From: Paraspadella gotoi
Lineage: Eukaryota; Animalia; Chaetognatha
Length of the DNA: 64,000 nucleotides
Direction of reading: 5' to 3'
Assembly (NCBI GenBank): GCA_051294375.1
Contig: CM119269.1
Coordinates: 11,882,896-11,946,895 of the forward strand
Shown: positions 24,061 to 34,900 of the stretch, piece by piece
Layout of the letters: each line of letters starts with the position of its first letter
Numbering within the stretch: position 1 is the first letter of the stretch
Program-made: the position numbers and the translations under genes
The notes under the pieces: model-generated
The model's input: the letters and a program-made list of their open reading frames with translations, nothing else
Told to the model about the DNA's origin: nothing
The model's database searches: none

Positions 24061-25282
24061 TGAAATGAAGCCGAAACATGTCTGTTTTTGAATTAAATAA
24101 AATCGTTGTCAAAACTAAACTCAAACTGTCTCTAACAAATAGTCCACAAGGAGTTTGATGTTTGTTTCTTGAAGGTAAGTAGAAGAGTGATTAAGTTCCC
24201 TCTCTCGTTTCTCTGCCGTCGGTTTCCTGAGGGAAGCCTCCTCTCTGATTGGTCAATCAGAATAAAAGACGGAGAAGCCAAGAGAGACAAGCCACTTGAT
24301 AAACCATTCTCTGCGTTGCTTCATTTAAAATTTGATTATTTTAGTCAATTTTTGCGATTAATTCCTTGATATCTTTGAAACAAAAAACAAAACGCGCTCA
24401 TAGAATCTCCCCCACCTTTCCTTTCTTGTCCAAGACATTTTTTTTTTAGGAAGAGTCCAATGGTTTGAGCTGCAACTCTTCGTTTTTAACTTCACTTCAT
24501 CAAGAAAGTTAAATTCTGTACTCATTACTTTTGCAAGATTCACCACAACATACACAAGCACGGGATGTGATGATGGAGTTTGTTCAACGCCGATGTCTTA
24601 AAAAAAGGCTTACTGTTTTGTTTTTTTTTTAATTCAGATTTGTTTTTTTTTTCAGAGATTCCCTAGAAAATAGGGAAACTATTTTATGATATAAAAATTT
24701 AAAGTAAAAAGTCAAATTAAAATAAATTTGATAAGTTTTTTAACTCATAAATCTCATAAAAGCATAAAAACCCATCTGGAAAATGTGTAGTAGTTTATTT
24801 TAGACTTAATAGTAAGTATGTACTTGTACCAAAAGAAGAATTTCATATAAGAAGTAGAAATTGAGCTTACTGTAAAGAATCACTTTTAAGTTAAAAACTT
24901 GGTTGTAGAAATTTAGCTTAGATTTAAAAAATTATTTTTCTCTTGAAAATCTAGTTTTACTTAAGAAAAAATTTTTTTAAAATTTTATGAACATATTAGG
25001 TAGATTTTTAAGGCCAGGGATCACTCGACCTAAAATTGTAGAAATCTTAATTTACTGTATCTTAATCATTTTCTCACATCTTGTGAGAGGTTTTCTATTG
25101 AAAAATAATCGAAAACTTTTAAAAATCTATATAAAATGTTCATAAAAATTTAAACAAAATTTTTCTTCGGTAAAACTAGATTTTCAAGAGAAAAATAATT
25201 TTTTATATGTAAGTTAAATTTCTACAACTAAATTTTTAACTTAAAACTGATTATTTACAGTAAGCTCAATTTCTACTTCTTA

Positions 25283-25835
25283 TATGAAATTGGTACAACC
25301 AATATAAAAATTATCCATTCATTTAATAAATAAGCTATCTTGCCCCTGACTTTGGACAGGCTTTGGTGGTTTAAGGCCTCCATCACTCTTACAAGATAAT
25401 GACATAGCAGGTCCCTGCAAGGTTTCAATCAAGACTCTCTCACAGTCTCGTTTATTCACTCCCAGAGTACCTGGCTTCCTTATCAATGAAGTGGTATAAT
25501 ATTTCAAAGAATGTTTCAATTGTATGAAAAGACCACTCCCTTAAGTATTAGATCGGGGAATACTTATTGTACTCCGCACTAGCATCAAAATACAAGGAGC
25601 TGAATTTTATGAAATTGGTACAACCAATATAAAAATTATCCATTCATTTAATAAATAAGCTATCTTGCCCCTGACTTTGGACAGGCTTTGGTGGTTTAAG
25701 GCCTCCATCACTCTTACAAGATAATGACATAGCAGGTCCCTGCAAGGTTTCAATCAAGACTCTCTCACAGTCTCGTTTATTCACTCCCAGAGTACCTGGC
25801 TTCCCTATCAATGAAGTGGTATAATATTTCAAAGA
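25283..25835 (-). repeat. Two tandem copies of an end-anchored dispersed repeat (other copies at about 810-1003 and 38404-38575)
   Basis: Copies at 25283, 25608 and 38404 all begin ATGAAATTGGTACAACCAATATAAAAATTATC and are variably truncated at the other end. Confidence 0.75.
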
Positions 25836-27347
25836 AAATATTTAATTTTTTTTTTGGTACAAGTACATACTTGGAGTTGTATCACTAATAAGTCTAAAAT
25901 AAACTACTCTACACATTTTCCAGACGGGTTTTTATACTTTTATGAGTTTTATGAGTTAAAAAACTTATCGAATTTAATTCAATTTGACTTTTTACTTTAT
26001 GTAAATGTTTAATGAGTTTAGAGTACAGAATTGAACTTTCTTGACGAAGTGATGTTAAAAATGAAAAGTTGCAGCTCAAACCGTTGGATTCTTCTTGAAG
26101 AAAAAAATATCTTGGGCTAGAAAGGAAAGGTGGGGGAGATTCTATGAGCGCGTTTTTTAAAAAATGTTTTTCGTTTCAAAGATATCAAGGAATTAATCCC
26201 AAAAATTGATTAAAATAATCAAATTTTATATGAAGGAAGGCAAATTTTGAAAGTATCTTTTCATAGAATTGGAGTTCGTGACCTAAAGGTAATTCATACT
26301 AAATTTCATGAGAAACCCCCTTACCGTTTGGGCTGCAACTCTTCAAATAGGTTTCTTTTATTTTATATAGTACAAAAAAAATCGAAAAAACGATGACGCC
26401 TTTGAAAAAATAGTAAAGTGAATACATTTTCGGAATCGTCAGGAGCTCTCCTTTCGAAATCCGAGCTCAGTTTTAGCCTAATTATAATTAGAATTGAGTG
26501 ATCCCGGACCTTAAAAGTTTTCGATTATTTTTTAATAGGAAACCTCTTACAAGATGTGAGAAAATGATTAAGATACAGTAAATTAAGATTTCTACAATTT
26601 TAGGTTGAGTGATATCTGGCCTTGAAGAAATGGGAAGAAAAAGAAATATATACGGAAGAAAGAGAATAAAAACCTCAATTAGAAACAGACTCCTTGAAAA
26701 AAAAAATTAAGAGAAAGAACTAAAAAGAAAGTAGAGTGGAGATGACAGTTGGAAATGAGAATAATTACGAAGTATCGAAGGGAAGGAACTAAAAAAAATC
26801 TAGTCGACTCTGAGAAATGATTTATTAATTTGATTTATTTTGAATATCCGGGAGTACTTGTTCACTAGACACTAGTGTCACTACTCGGTATTCCGAATGG
26901 TTTTCTGCACTTAAAATTGAGCAATAGATTAGAAAGAATAAATTCTTCAAAAAAAATTTAAATTGCTCTTTTCAACAATTAATAAACTTTTCATATGTAT
27001 TATTATTAAGCAGACTGTCGGTGACTCCCCCAATCTTTCCTCCCTTTCCTTTTTTATGCTTTTTTCTCTCTCGTGACATCTCCGGCGCAGACAGAGACAG
27101 AGTGCATACGAGTGATGTTCATTTGTCTTTTGTCCGGATGGTGGCGTCATCTCCAGTCCGACCCTCGCAACGAAGCATCAACATTTTTCTCATTCGCGTT
27201 GCCGGGGAAACCCGTGAAAATCGTTACATCTCCGTCGGAATGCCGCTAAAATAATACTCTTAGTTTGTAAATTTATTGCAATACTACATAAGGAAATGAC
27301 TCTGGAACTTTGTAGTCAATAAATCGATTTTCAAATTTACTTTAAGG

Positions 27348-30300
27348 ATGTTCACGGTCCAACGGAGCCTCGGCTCGGCCGTGTCCAAATCTATTCGTCT
27401 GCAGCGAGATGAGACGATTTATTCCCTTCGGTTGTCGCAAAGATTCTGGTCTAAATCCGACGCCAAATTCGGAGCGGGTCGGTGGAACCGATCCTTCGCG
27501 AGCGGGACTTACGTTCGAATCGGTTACGCCGCCGTCGGATCTTCGGTTGCCGCCCTCCTTGTCGCCGAAACTTTGCGTAAAAATCACGCGGTTTTCTCGG
27601 CAAAATTGAAAAAGAGAGACGATATCTTGGAACAGGCTGGACGCGTTCATTCGGGACTTCCCGAGTACAAGATGGAACAGGTTCGTCAGCACGACAGCAT
27701 GGAACATCGGTTCTGGGTCACCTACAAGGACGGCGTCTACGATATCACGGATTTCATTCGGAAAGGAAATCATCCCGGAGGCGACAAGATTTTCATGGCC
27801 GCCGGCGGCTCGGTCGAGCCTTTTTGGCAATTGTACGCCGTCCACAAGGACAATCCTGAAATCCTAGCGATGCTCGAGGAATACAGAATAGGAAACCTCG
27901 CTGTTGAAGACAGGTTGGGCTGTCGTTAATTTTAAACCTCTCGGCCGTCTATGGGATAAGTATTAAGCATTAAGCATTAATTATTATTATTAAGCACTAA
28001 TTTTTAGTTGTCTTGACTAAATATTTAAGCAATCATTTTCAAAAAAAAATTATATTATATGTCTTGATTAATACATTAAATATTACTTGTCTTTTTTAAC
28101 ATTATCAAAATTTTTTTTGGAAATCTTAAAATTTTTTGATAGATTCTGATAGAGCATTAAAAGTTAAACAAGAAATATACAGCTTTTACGTTGAAGAGAC
28201 AGTAATTATTGATAAGTGTTAATGACAGAACCGTTCAATATAAGCAGTCCCTGAGCTTCGGATCAGGCTGTAACACCGTGTTACAGGCGGGTTAAGCGCC
28301 CCGTCCCTCTTAACTGCCAGACGACCACCGGGCTAGAACCCCGGACCTTTGGGTTGGGAGGTGAATGTCTTGCCTCCGGCACCAATGGCCGCTGATGAAC
28401 GGTTGGTGGATTTTAGTCCACCATACATCCCCCCCTCCCGTAGGGAGAAGTCTGTTGCGTCTCTTCAGTGAATTGTTGTTGTTGGTGGAAAGTTTGTCAC
28501 CAAGTTGAGGCATGTCGCCTGATCTGTTGTGGGCGGAAAGTGCATCGCCAGGTTGAGGCATGTCGCCTGAAAGTGTTGTTGTTGCTGTTTGTGTTCGGAA
28601 GTCGGGCTCACCAATGAAGAGACAGTAATTATTGATAAGTGTTAATGACAGAACCATTCAATATAAGCAGTCCCTGAGCTTCGGATCAGGCTGTAACACC
28701 GTGTTACAGGCGGGTTAAGCGCCCCGTCCCTCTTAACTGCCAGACGACCACCGGGCTAGAACCCCGGACCTTTGGGTTGGGAGGCGAATGTCTTGCCTCC
28801 GACACCAATGGCCGCTGATGAACGGTTGGTGGATTTTAGTCCACCATAACGTTTTCTATGTGAAAATATAAAAAAAACTGATAAAATAATCGAAATATGA
28901 TGATGATGATGATTTTTTACGGTTTTTCTTATTTTTGACTCATCATGAAAATATTTAAAAAAGAATTATACTTTGTGTAGACAACTTTTTATGAGCTATC
29001 TGAATCTGGTTTTAAAATTCAAAAATTATCAAAACAAATTTTGGCCTTTCCTATTTATAAATAAATATTAAAAAATTAATTATTTGGGTATAGAGCTACA
29101 TAAGAAATGTTTTGTCCATTGAAAGTATACTTAAAAATGTATAAATTTTTGTTTGAGGATATAATCATTCTAAATTTTTGATTCACTCCATTGAGTGGGG
29201 CTACCCCTAATTATATTTATTTTTAACAAAATATTAAGTGTTATATTTTCAAATATATTTAAATTTTTTTTATTAAAGAAAAATTAAAGAGCAATAATTT
29301 CTCGTAAATTTTTTTTCGAAGTCTAGATCATTCATTGTTGTAAGGTTCCTAGTAGGAGTCTACGTCGTTCTTAGAGATCGAGAAAGACTTTTTCAATGGA
29401 GATTTTCGTTCAAATCTGACTACCAAACAATATAAACGCTCCTGGTAAAAATTCTGGTAAAATATGGATGTAAAAACACTTGATTCCGATCCTGTTGCAT
29501 CTGAAGGGCTCGCATTTTTTTCTCTTGTCAAATCATCAACATCTTGATATCAAACAAGCCAGAACAAATAGACTGCTTCTGGACGGAAAAATTTTCCATC
29601 TCTGATTTTATATAGAAATGAAAAAGATTTTTTTCCTTGAAAACGATATGTTCCTGTTCAATAAAAGGGCTCTCAAAATTTTTCTTTACATTTTATTAGG
29701 TTATTTTGATATGATACGATCATGGTAAAGTGAATTAGTCCATTTTGGTGAAATTTTTATTTAAAGTAAAAGTAAAAGAGCTAACGATCGGAATTCTAAG
29801 AGTTTTCAACCGGTAGTCAGATTCGGAAAAAACTTCTATGGCGAAAATCTTCCAAAGAAGGGGTGAATTTTCCGAAGATTTTGGTTAATATTTTCTATAT
29901 TTATAGTCGGATTTTTTTGAAACTTAATATTAACAATATTGCCATCATTCTACCTTGGCTGGTATAAGAATATAACCTCGGGCTTTGTTCGTCAGAGCTT
30001 ATTCCTATTCTTAGCTATTCTTTGGTAAAGAAAGACATTTTTCCGTAGGCCGCTGTAGGCGAAGGGATTTAAAATTTAAACTCGTCACAGGTTGGAAAAT
30101 GCAAAGCAGCTTTCTGAGATGGAAGCGAATAATCCCTACGCGGGAGACCCCAAGCGTCACCCGTTGCTCCGCCCGGCCTCGACGACCCCCTTCAACGCGG
30201 AGTCTCCGCCATCCATCCTGGCCGAGAATTTCTTGACTCCCAATGAGTTTTTTTACGTGAGGAATCATCTTCCGGTTCCTGATGTCGCCGCCGATGAATA

Positions 30301-31276
30301 CGAGTTGGAAATCGAGGTCGAGGGTCGCAAAGACGTCAAGACTTTGTCCCTCAACGACTTGAAGACAAAGTTTCCCAAGCACACCGTCATGGCGACCATT
30401 CAGTGCGCCGGAAACAGACGCTCCGAAATGAACGAGGTTAAAAAAGTCAAGGGTTTATCCTGGGGCAGGGCCGCGATCGGCAACGCCTCTTGGAGCGGGG
30501 CCAGCCTGAAGGACGTCTTGAAGTTGGTCGGAGTCGAAGAAGGAACTTGTGGCTCTTGGAAACATCTTCATCTCGACGGTTTAGATCAAGGCCCCGACGG
30601 ATCCCAATACGCCGTCTCCATTCCCTTGTCCAAAGCCTTAGCCGCTTCGGGCGACTGCATCTTGGCCTACGAGATGAACGGCGAACCCATTCCTCGCGAC
30701 CACGGGTTTCCCGTTCGGGCAGTGGTGCCGGGCACGGTGGGGGCGAGAAACGTCAAGTGGTTGGGACACATGAAAGTGGCCCAAGAGGAAAGTCGAGGTC
30801 ATTGGCAAGCCAACGATTACAAGGGTTTCTCTCCTTCCGTGGATTGGGACACGGTGGACTTCGACAAGGCTCCCGCCATTCAAGAGCTCCCGGTGCAATC
30901 GGCCATTTGCGAACCGGAAGACGGTCAGAAGGTAGAGATGGATTGCGAGGGAAAAGTGTCGCTCAAGGGATACGCGTGGAGCGGTGGCGGTAGAGGCATC
31001 GTTCGAGTCGATGTTTCCGTCGACGGGGGAAAGACGTGGCAAGTCGCGGATTTAATCCAAAACGAGTGTCAGGAATACAATAAGAGTTGGGCCTGGACAT
31101 TGTGGAAGCTCAAAGCCGACGTAGGAAAGGGAATCAAGTGTGGAGATTGTCTCAAGGTTTGCGTCAAGGCCGTTGATTCTTCTTACAATACTCAACCCGA
31201 AGAGTTCGGGCCAATATGGAATCTGCGCGGGGTCATATCTAATGCTTGGCACAAGATCGTGGTCTTTGTTAAATAG
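27348..31276 (+). CDS. SUOX: Mitochondrial sulfite oxidase (2 exons, about 583 aa)
   Basis: Exons 27348-27913 and 30091-31276 join in frame. The protein has a basic presequence, a cytochrome b5 domain (WVTYKDGVYDIT...HPGG), Moco motifs FYVRNH, QCAGNRR, DHGFPVR and GARNVKW, and C-terminal WNLRG. Confidence 0.96.
28192..28848 (-). mobile_element. Complete TRIM with a tRNA-like module in each LTR (Helenus-like)
   Basis: LTRs 28848-28615 and 28425-28192 are 234 bp each with 3 differences seen. PBS TGGTGAGCCCGAC (28613-28601), PPT GGGAGGGGGGGA (28439-28428), TSD ACGT. Confidence 0.92.
29353..30007 (+). mobile_element. MITE with TAGG...CCTA ends and 7-bp TSD (other copies at 38024-41672 and 56014-56735)
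   Basis: Flanks are TTCCTAG/TTCTTAG here, GGTTATC at the 38024 copy and AATAAAC at the 56014 copy; internal sequence is shared. Confidence 0.75.
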
Positions 31277-31539
31277 GGCGTTGAAAAATATGAAATTACA
31301 AGGTTATAAACGTTAAATATTCTAATAATAATATAATCAATGTTTATTTCTCTATGGGTGAAGGTCATTTTATATTATTTTCGAGTTCTAATTTTACGTC
31401 AAATATAAAGTATAAAATATAAAAGTATAAAATATCCTAATATTTTATTAAATTTAGTTTTAATAAATGTGTAGTAGAATTGTTAGTCAATTTGATATAT
31501 CTTATCTACGCAGACGGAATTGAATTTTATACAATATAC

Positions 31540-31766
31540 TGAAGAGACAGTAATAATTGTTATTAGTTAGTGACAGAACCGTTCAATATAAGCAGTCCCC
31601 GAGTTTCGGATCAGGCTGTAACACCATATTACAGGCGGTTGAAGCGCCCCGTCCCTATTAACTGCTTGGCGACCACCGAACTAGAACCTTTGGGTTGGGA
31701 GGCGAATGACTTGCTGATAATGATGATGGCCGCTGATGAACGGTTGGTGGATTTTAGTCCACCATA
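31540..31766 (-). mobile_element. Diverged solo LTR of the tRNA-containing TRIM
   Basis: TGAAGAGAC...CCACCATA with flanks ATAC/ATAA and internal deletions. Confidence 0.85.
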
Positions 31767-31981
31767 ATAAGATAATTATTATAGGCGAACTCGCCTACTA
31801 CTGGGATGTTTTTGCTGGTTTTATGCATTTGTTCGTTGGCTTTCTTGCTCTTTTTTTGCTGCGAAGAAATAGTGATACTATACGTAACTTTTTTAACTTT
31901 ATTTTTCCAGAAAATAACAGCCAAAGATCTTGAAAGGAAACTGAATCTCCTCCTTTTATTTCGATCTGATTTACCAATGAC

Positions 31982-34900
31982 ATGGCTACACCGAAACTCT
32001 TTACCAGCGCCTCTCTTGTACAAAAACATCGTTTACTCAATCGGTTTTCCAATTGTCACGTTTGCTGGAGAAAGTCAAAGACGACGTCGTCCGTGTTGAC
32101 GCATGAGGCGAGATTCAAAGCGGACGGCGCCGATGAGACCAACGATCGAGACCGACCCGTCTCCACGCCGCCGCCGCCGCCGCCGAAGACGACGCAGCAG
32201 CCGCCACTGGGTCGAAAATTCGAGCCACTCGACCCCGACCCTTACTTCGATAAAATCGACCTGAGTTTTTCCAACACTCGCGAAAGCTTCCGCAGCAAGT
32301 CGACCTTCCAACTCATTCGCGCGGTCTTCGTCTTCAAAATGTGCGCCATCGACTTCTTCGTCGACAATAACAAGAAACTGTTGAAAGTCGGACGCACTAT
32401 TTTGGGTCGGCGTCTTTTTAACAAAGCGATGAAAGCCACCATTTACGGACAATTCGTCGGCGGAGAAGATAAGACGGACATCCAAGAGACGATCACCAAA
32501 AATATGGCCTTTGGTGTGAAGAGCATCTTGGACTACAGCGCCGAGGAGGACATGTCCAGCGCTAAAGTAAGGTCGGGAATGGTTGGGTTGGATACGCTGG
32601 CTTTTTATCGTCGCAATCGCTTAGCGTTTGCGACGATATTGTAACACTTTTGCGCATAAGTGGCGTCGTCGTCGTCGTTGGCGTCGTCGTCGGCGTTCCA
32701 AATTATAGATCGCCTTTTTTATGATTAAATTTGTGTGTATGAAACTGATAATTTATATACAGCTTCTCATCATCGATGTGCTTAAAATTGAGTCTGGACA
32801 GTTATTAAATATGTTTTGGTTACGTTTCATCAAAACAAACAAATTTTTTCTCTTTTATTTTCATATTTCTTTCTCTCTCTCTTTTCTCTTTTAATTACAT
32901 GTCTCTCTCCTTCTCTCTTTTCACTGATTCATAGAGAAAGGAAAAAAACGAGTCTGCAGCTGGCTCTGCAGGGGCTTATTCTTTTTCTCTCTTTTCTCCT
33001 GCTGCTTCTGCTGCTGCCTTTTGATTTCTTTCTTTTTTTCTGGGTGCCTCTGCTGCTGAAAACGATTTGACTTCTTTCTCTCTCTCTCTCTCTCTCTCTC
33101 TAAAAACTTTTATTATCGCCATTTATTCCCAAATTTACATCCGAGATTTTTGTGGATTTTTTTTCCTAAATATTCTAAATAGCAATCAGAATAATAATTT
33201 TTTTAATATATATTTACTTTATTATTTTATTTTACTTTATTTTACTTCACTTTAGTCTTTACTTCACTACGTCAGTCTGATTCAAGTTTCACTTTGTCTT
33301 TTGTCTGGGAATGTTGACAGTGTTAAGAGAGGTCGCATTCGTTCAAACTGCTCGCTTATGCGTGCTTAAAGTAAAACAAAAATACCTTCAATAATGTTAC
33401 TTCAGTCTTAGCACTTGTTAAAAATTAAACTCGAAAATAAGTTATTTTACTGTTTTATATTTATACTTTTGACAATGAAAAAGTTTTTTTTTGGTTTTTT
33501 TGGTTTTTTTTCCAGAAACTGTAACTGTAAATTGACAATCGCAATATAGAATTTTTCTTTGTTTATAAATTAATTTTCTTTTTTCCTTTTTATTCTTTCT
33601 TTCCTTTCTTTACTTTCTATTCTTTCTTTCCTTTCTATTCTTTCTTTCCTTTCTATTCTTTTTTTCTATTCTTTCTTTCTTTTCTATTCTTTATTTATTC
33701 TTTTCTTCTTTTTCTTTCTGTTTTTTTTTTAGTATCAAAATTTGTCGTCAATCCAGATTTTTCTTATGCGATTGCGACGATCCTTATGCTTTTAAGATTT
33801 TTTTTATCTCGCCAGACGGGCTAAAGGCGAGATTAAGGATCGCCTCTTCTTCTTTGTGACTGTAGTCGTCGTTATTCTATTCTTCTTCATCGCAAATTGT
33901 ACTTATAATTCTCTTTCTTTCTTTCTCTCTCTTTTAATTATATGTCGCTCTCTCTCTCTTTTTTTCTGTTGCTGCTTCTTCTAATTCATTTAAAAACGAG
34001 TTCAGCTCTGCAGCGGCTGTCCAGCTTCTCTTTTTATCATCGCAATCGCTTTGCGTTTGCGATGTTGTGTAGTAGTGCGTGGCGTAGTTGTCGTCTTTGT
34101 CGTCATCGTCGTTCAAAATTATAGAGCCAAACTTTGTCAATGGGGTGGGTCAGAAGTTTGATTTGGGAACCTTCCTAAATAAAACTTCATACATTTCTGA
34201 GAAAACTTTCAATGGACCAAATTTTTTTAAAATGGCTAGAAGCATTAGTAATTAATTTTTTAATATTTATTTATCGATGGGAAATGTCAAAAAAAATTTT
34301 TGGCATTTTGTATTTTTAAAAGCAGATTCAGATAGCTTATAAAAGTTGTCTATACAAAGTATAATTTTTTTTTTCAATATTTTGATAATAAGTGGGTCAA
34401 AATTGGGAAAAACCTGAAAAAATAATCCTCATCATCATCATCCGATAATTTTAGTAGTTTTTGCTCATTTTTAGTGACAAAAAGTTGTAATTTTATTTTT
34501 AGACTAACTTTTTAGGCTCTATCAGAATCAATTAAAAAAACTTAAAATATATAAACAAATTTTTTTATATTATATAACAAAATAATAATTTTAATTAGCG
34601 AATTACTCATGGTTCGGAACATTTTTGCAAAAAAATATTTTAACACAATAACTAATACCAATAATGGATTAGTTTAATACTGTTCCCATTAAAATTTGAA
34701 TTTGGTCGGCTACCGCTATTATAGATCGCCTTTTTCATGATTAAATTTGGGTGTATGAAGCTGAAAATTTATATACAGTTTATCATCATCATCATCATCA
34801 GGACAGTTATTAAATGTTTTGTTTATGTTTTATCAAAACAAACATATTTTTTTTATGTCTCCTCTCTCTCTTTTCTCCTTAATTATATGTAGCTCTTTCT

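Larger units (their letters stand above)
23509..26510. mobile_element. Foldback non-autonomous DNA transposon, Kolobok-like, with nested insertions
   Basis: TTAA-GGTCCGGGATCACTCAATTC ... GAATTGAGTGATCCCGGACC-TTAA. The inverted arms are several hundred bp long; the left arm is interrupted by 23788-24318. Confidence 0.75.

Noticed and set aside
25319-25832. Duplicated 62-66-aa ORFs as a small gene family
   Set aside because: They lie in a dispersed repeat whose other copies carry disruptive changes, and there is no splice or domain evidence.
28321-28392. Functional tRNA-Gly gene or ordinary tRNA-SINE
   Set aside because: The D and anticodon stems do not pair properly. The module is internal to a repeat with fixed ends, 4-bp TSDs, a PBS and a PPT, and there is no tail.
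28392-28425. CTGATGA followed by a hairpin in the TRIM LTR as a hammerhead
   Set aside because: No GAAA box or cleavage triplet follows, and it is on the antisense strand of the element.
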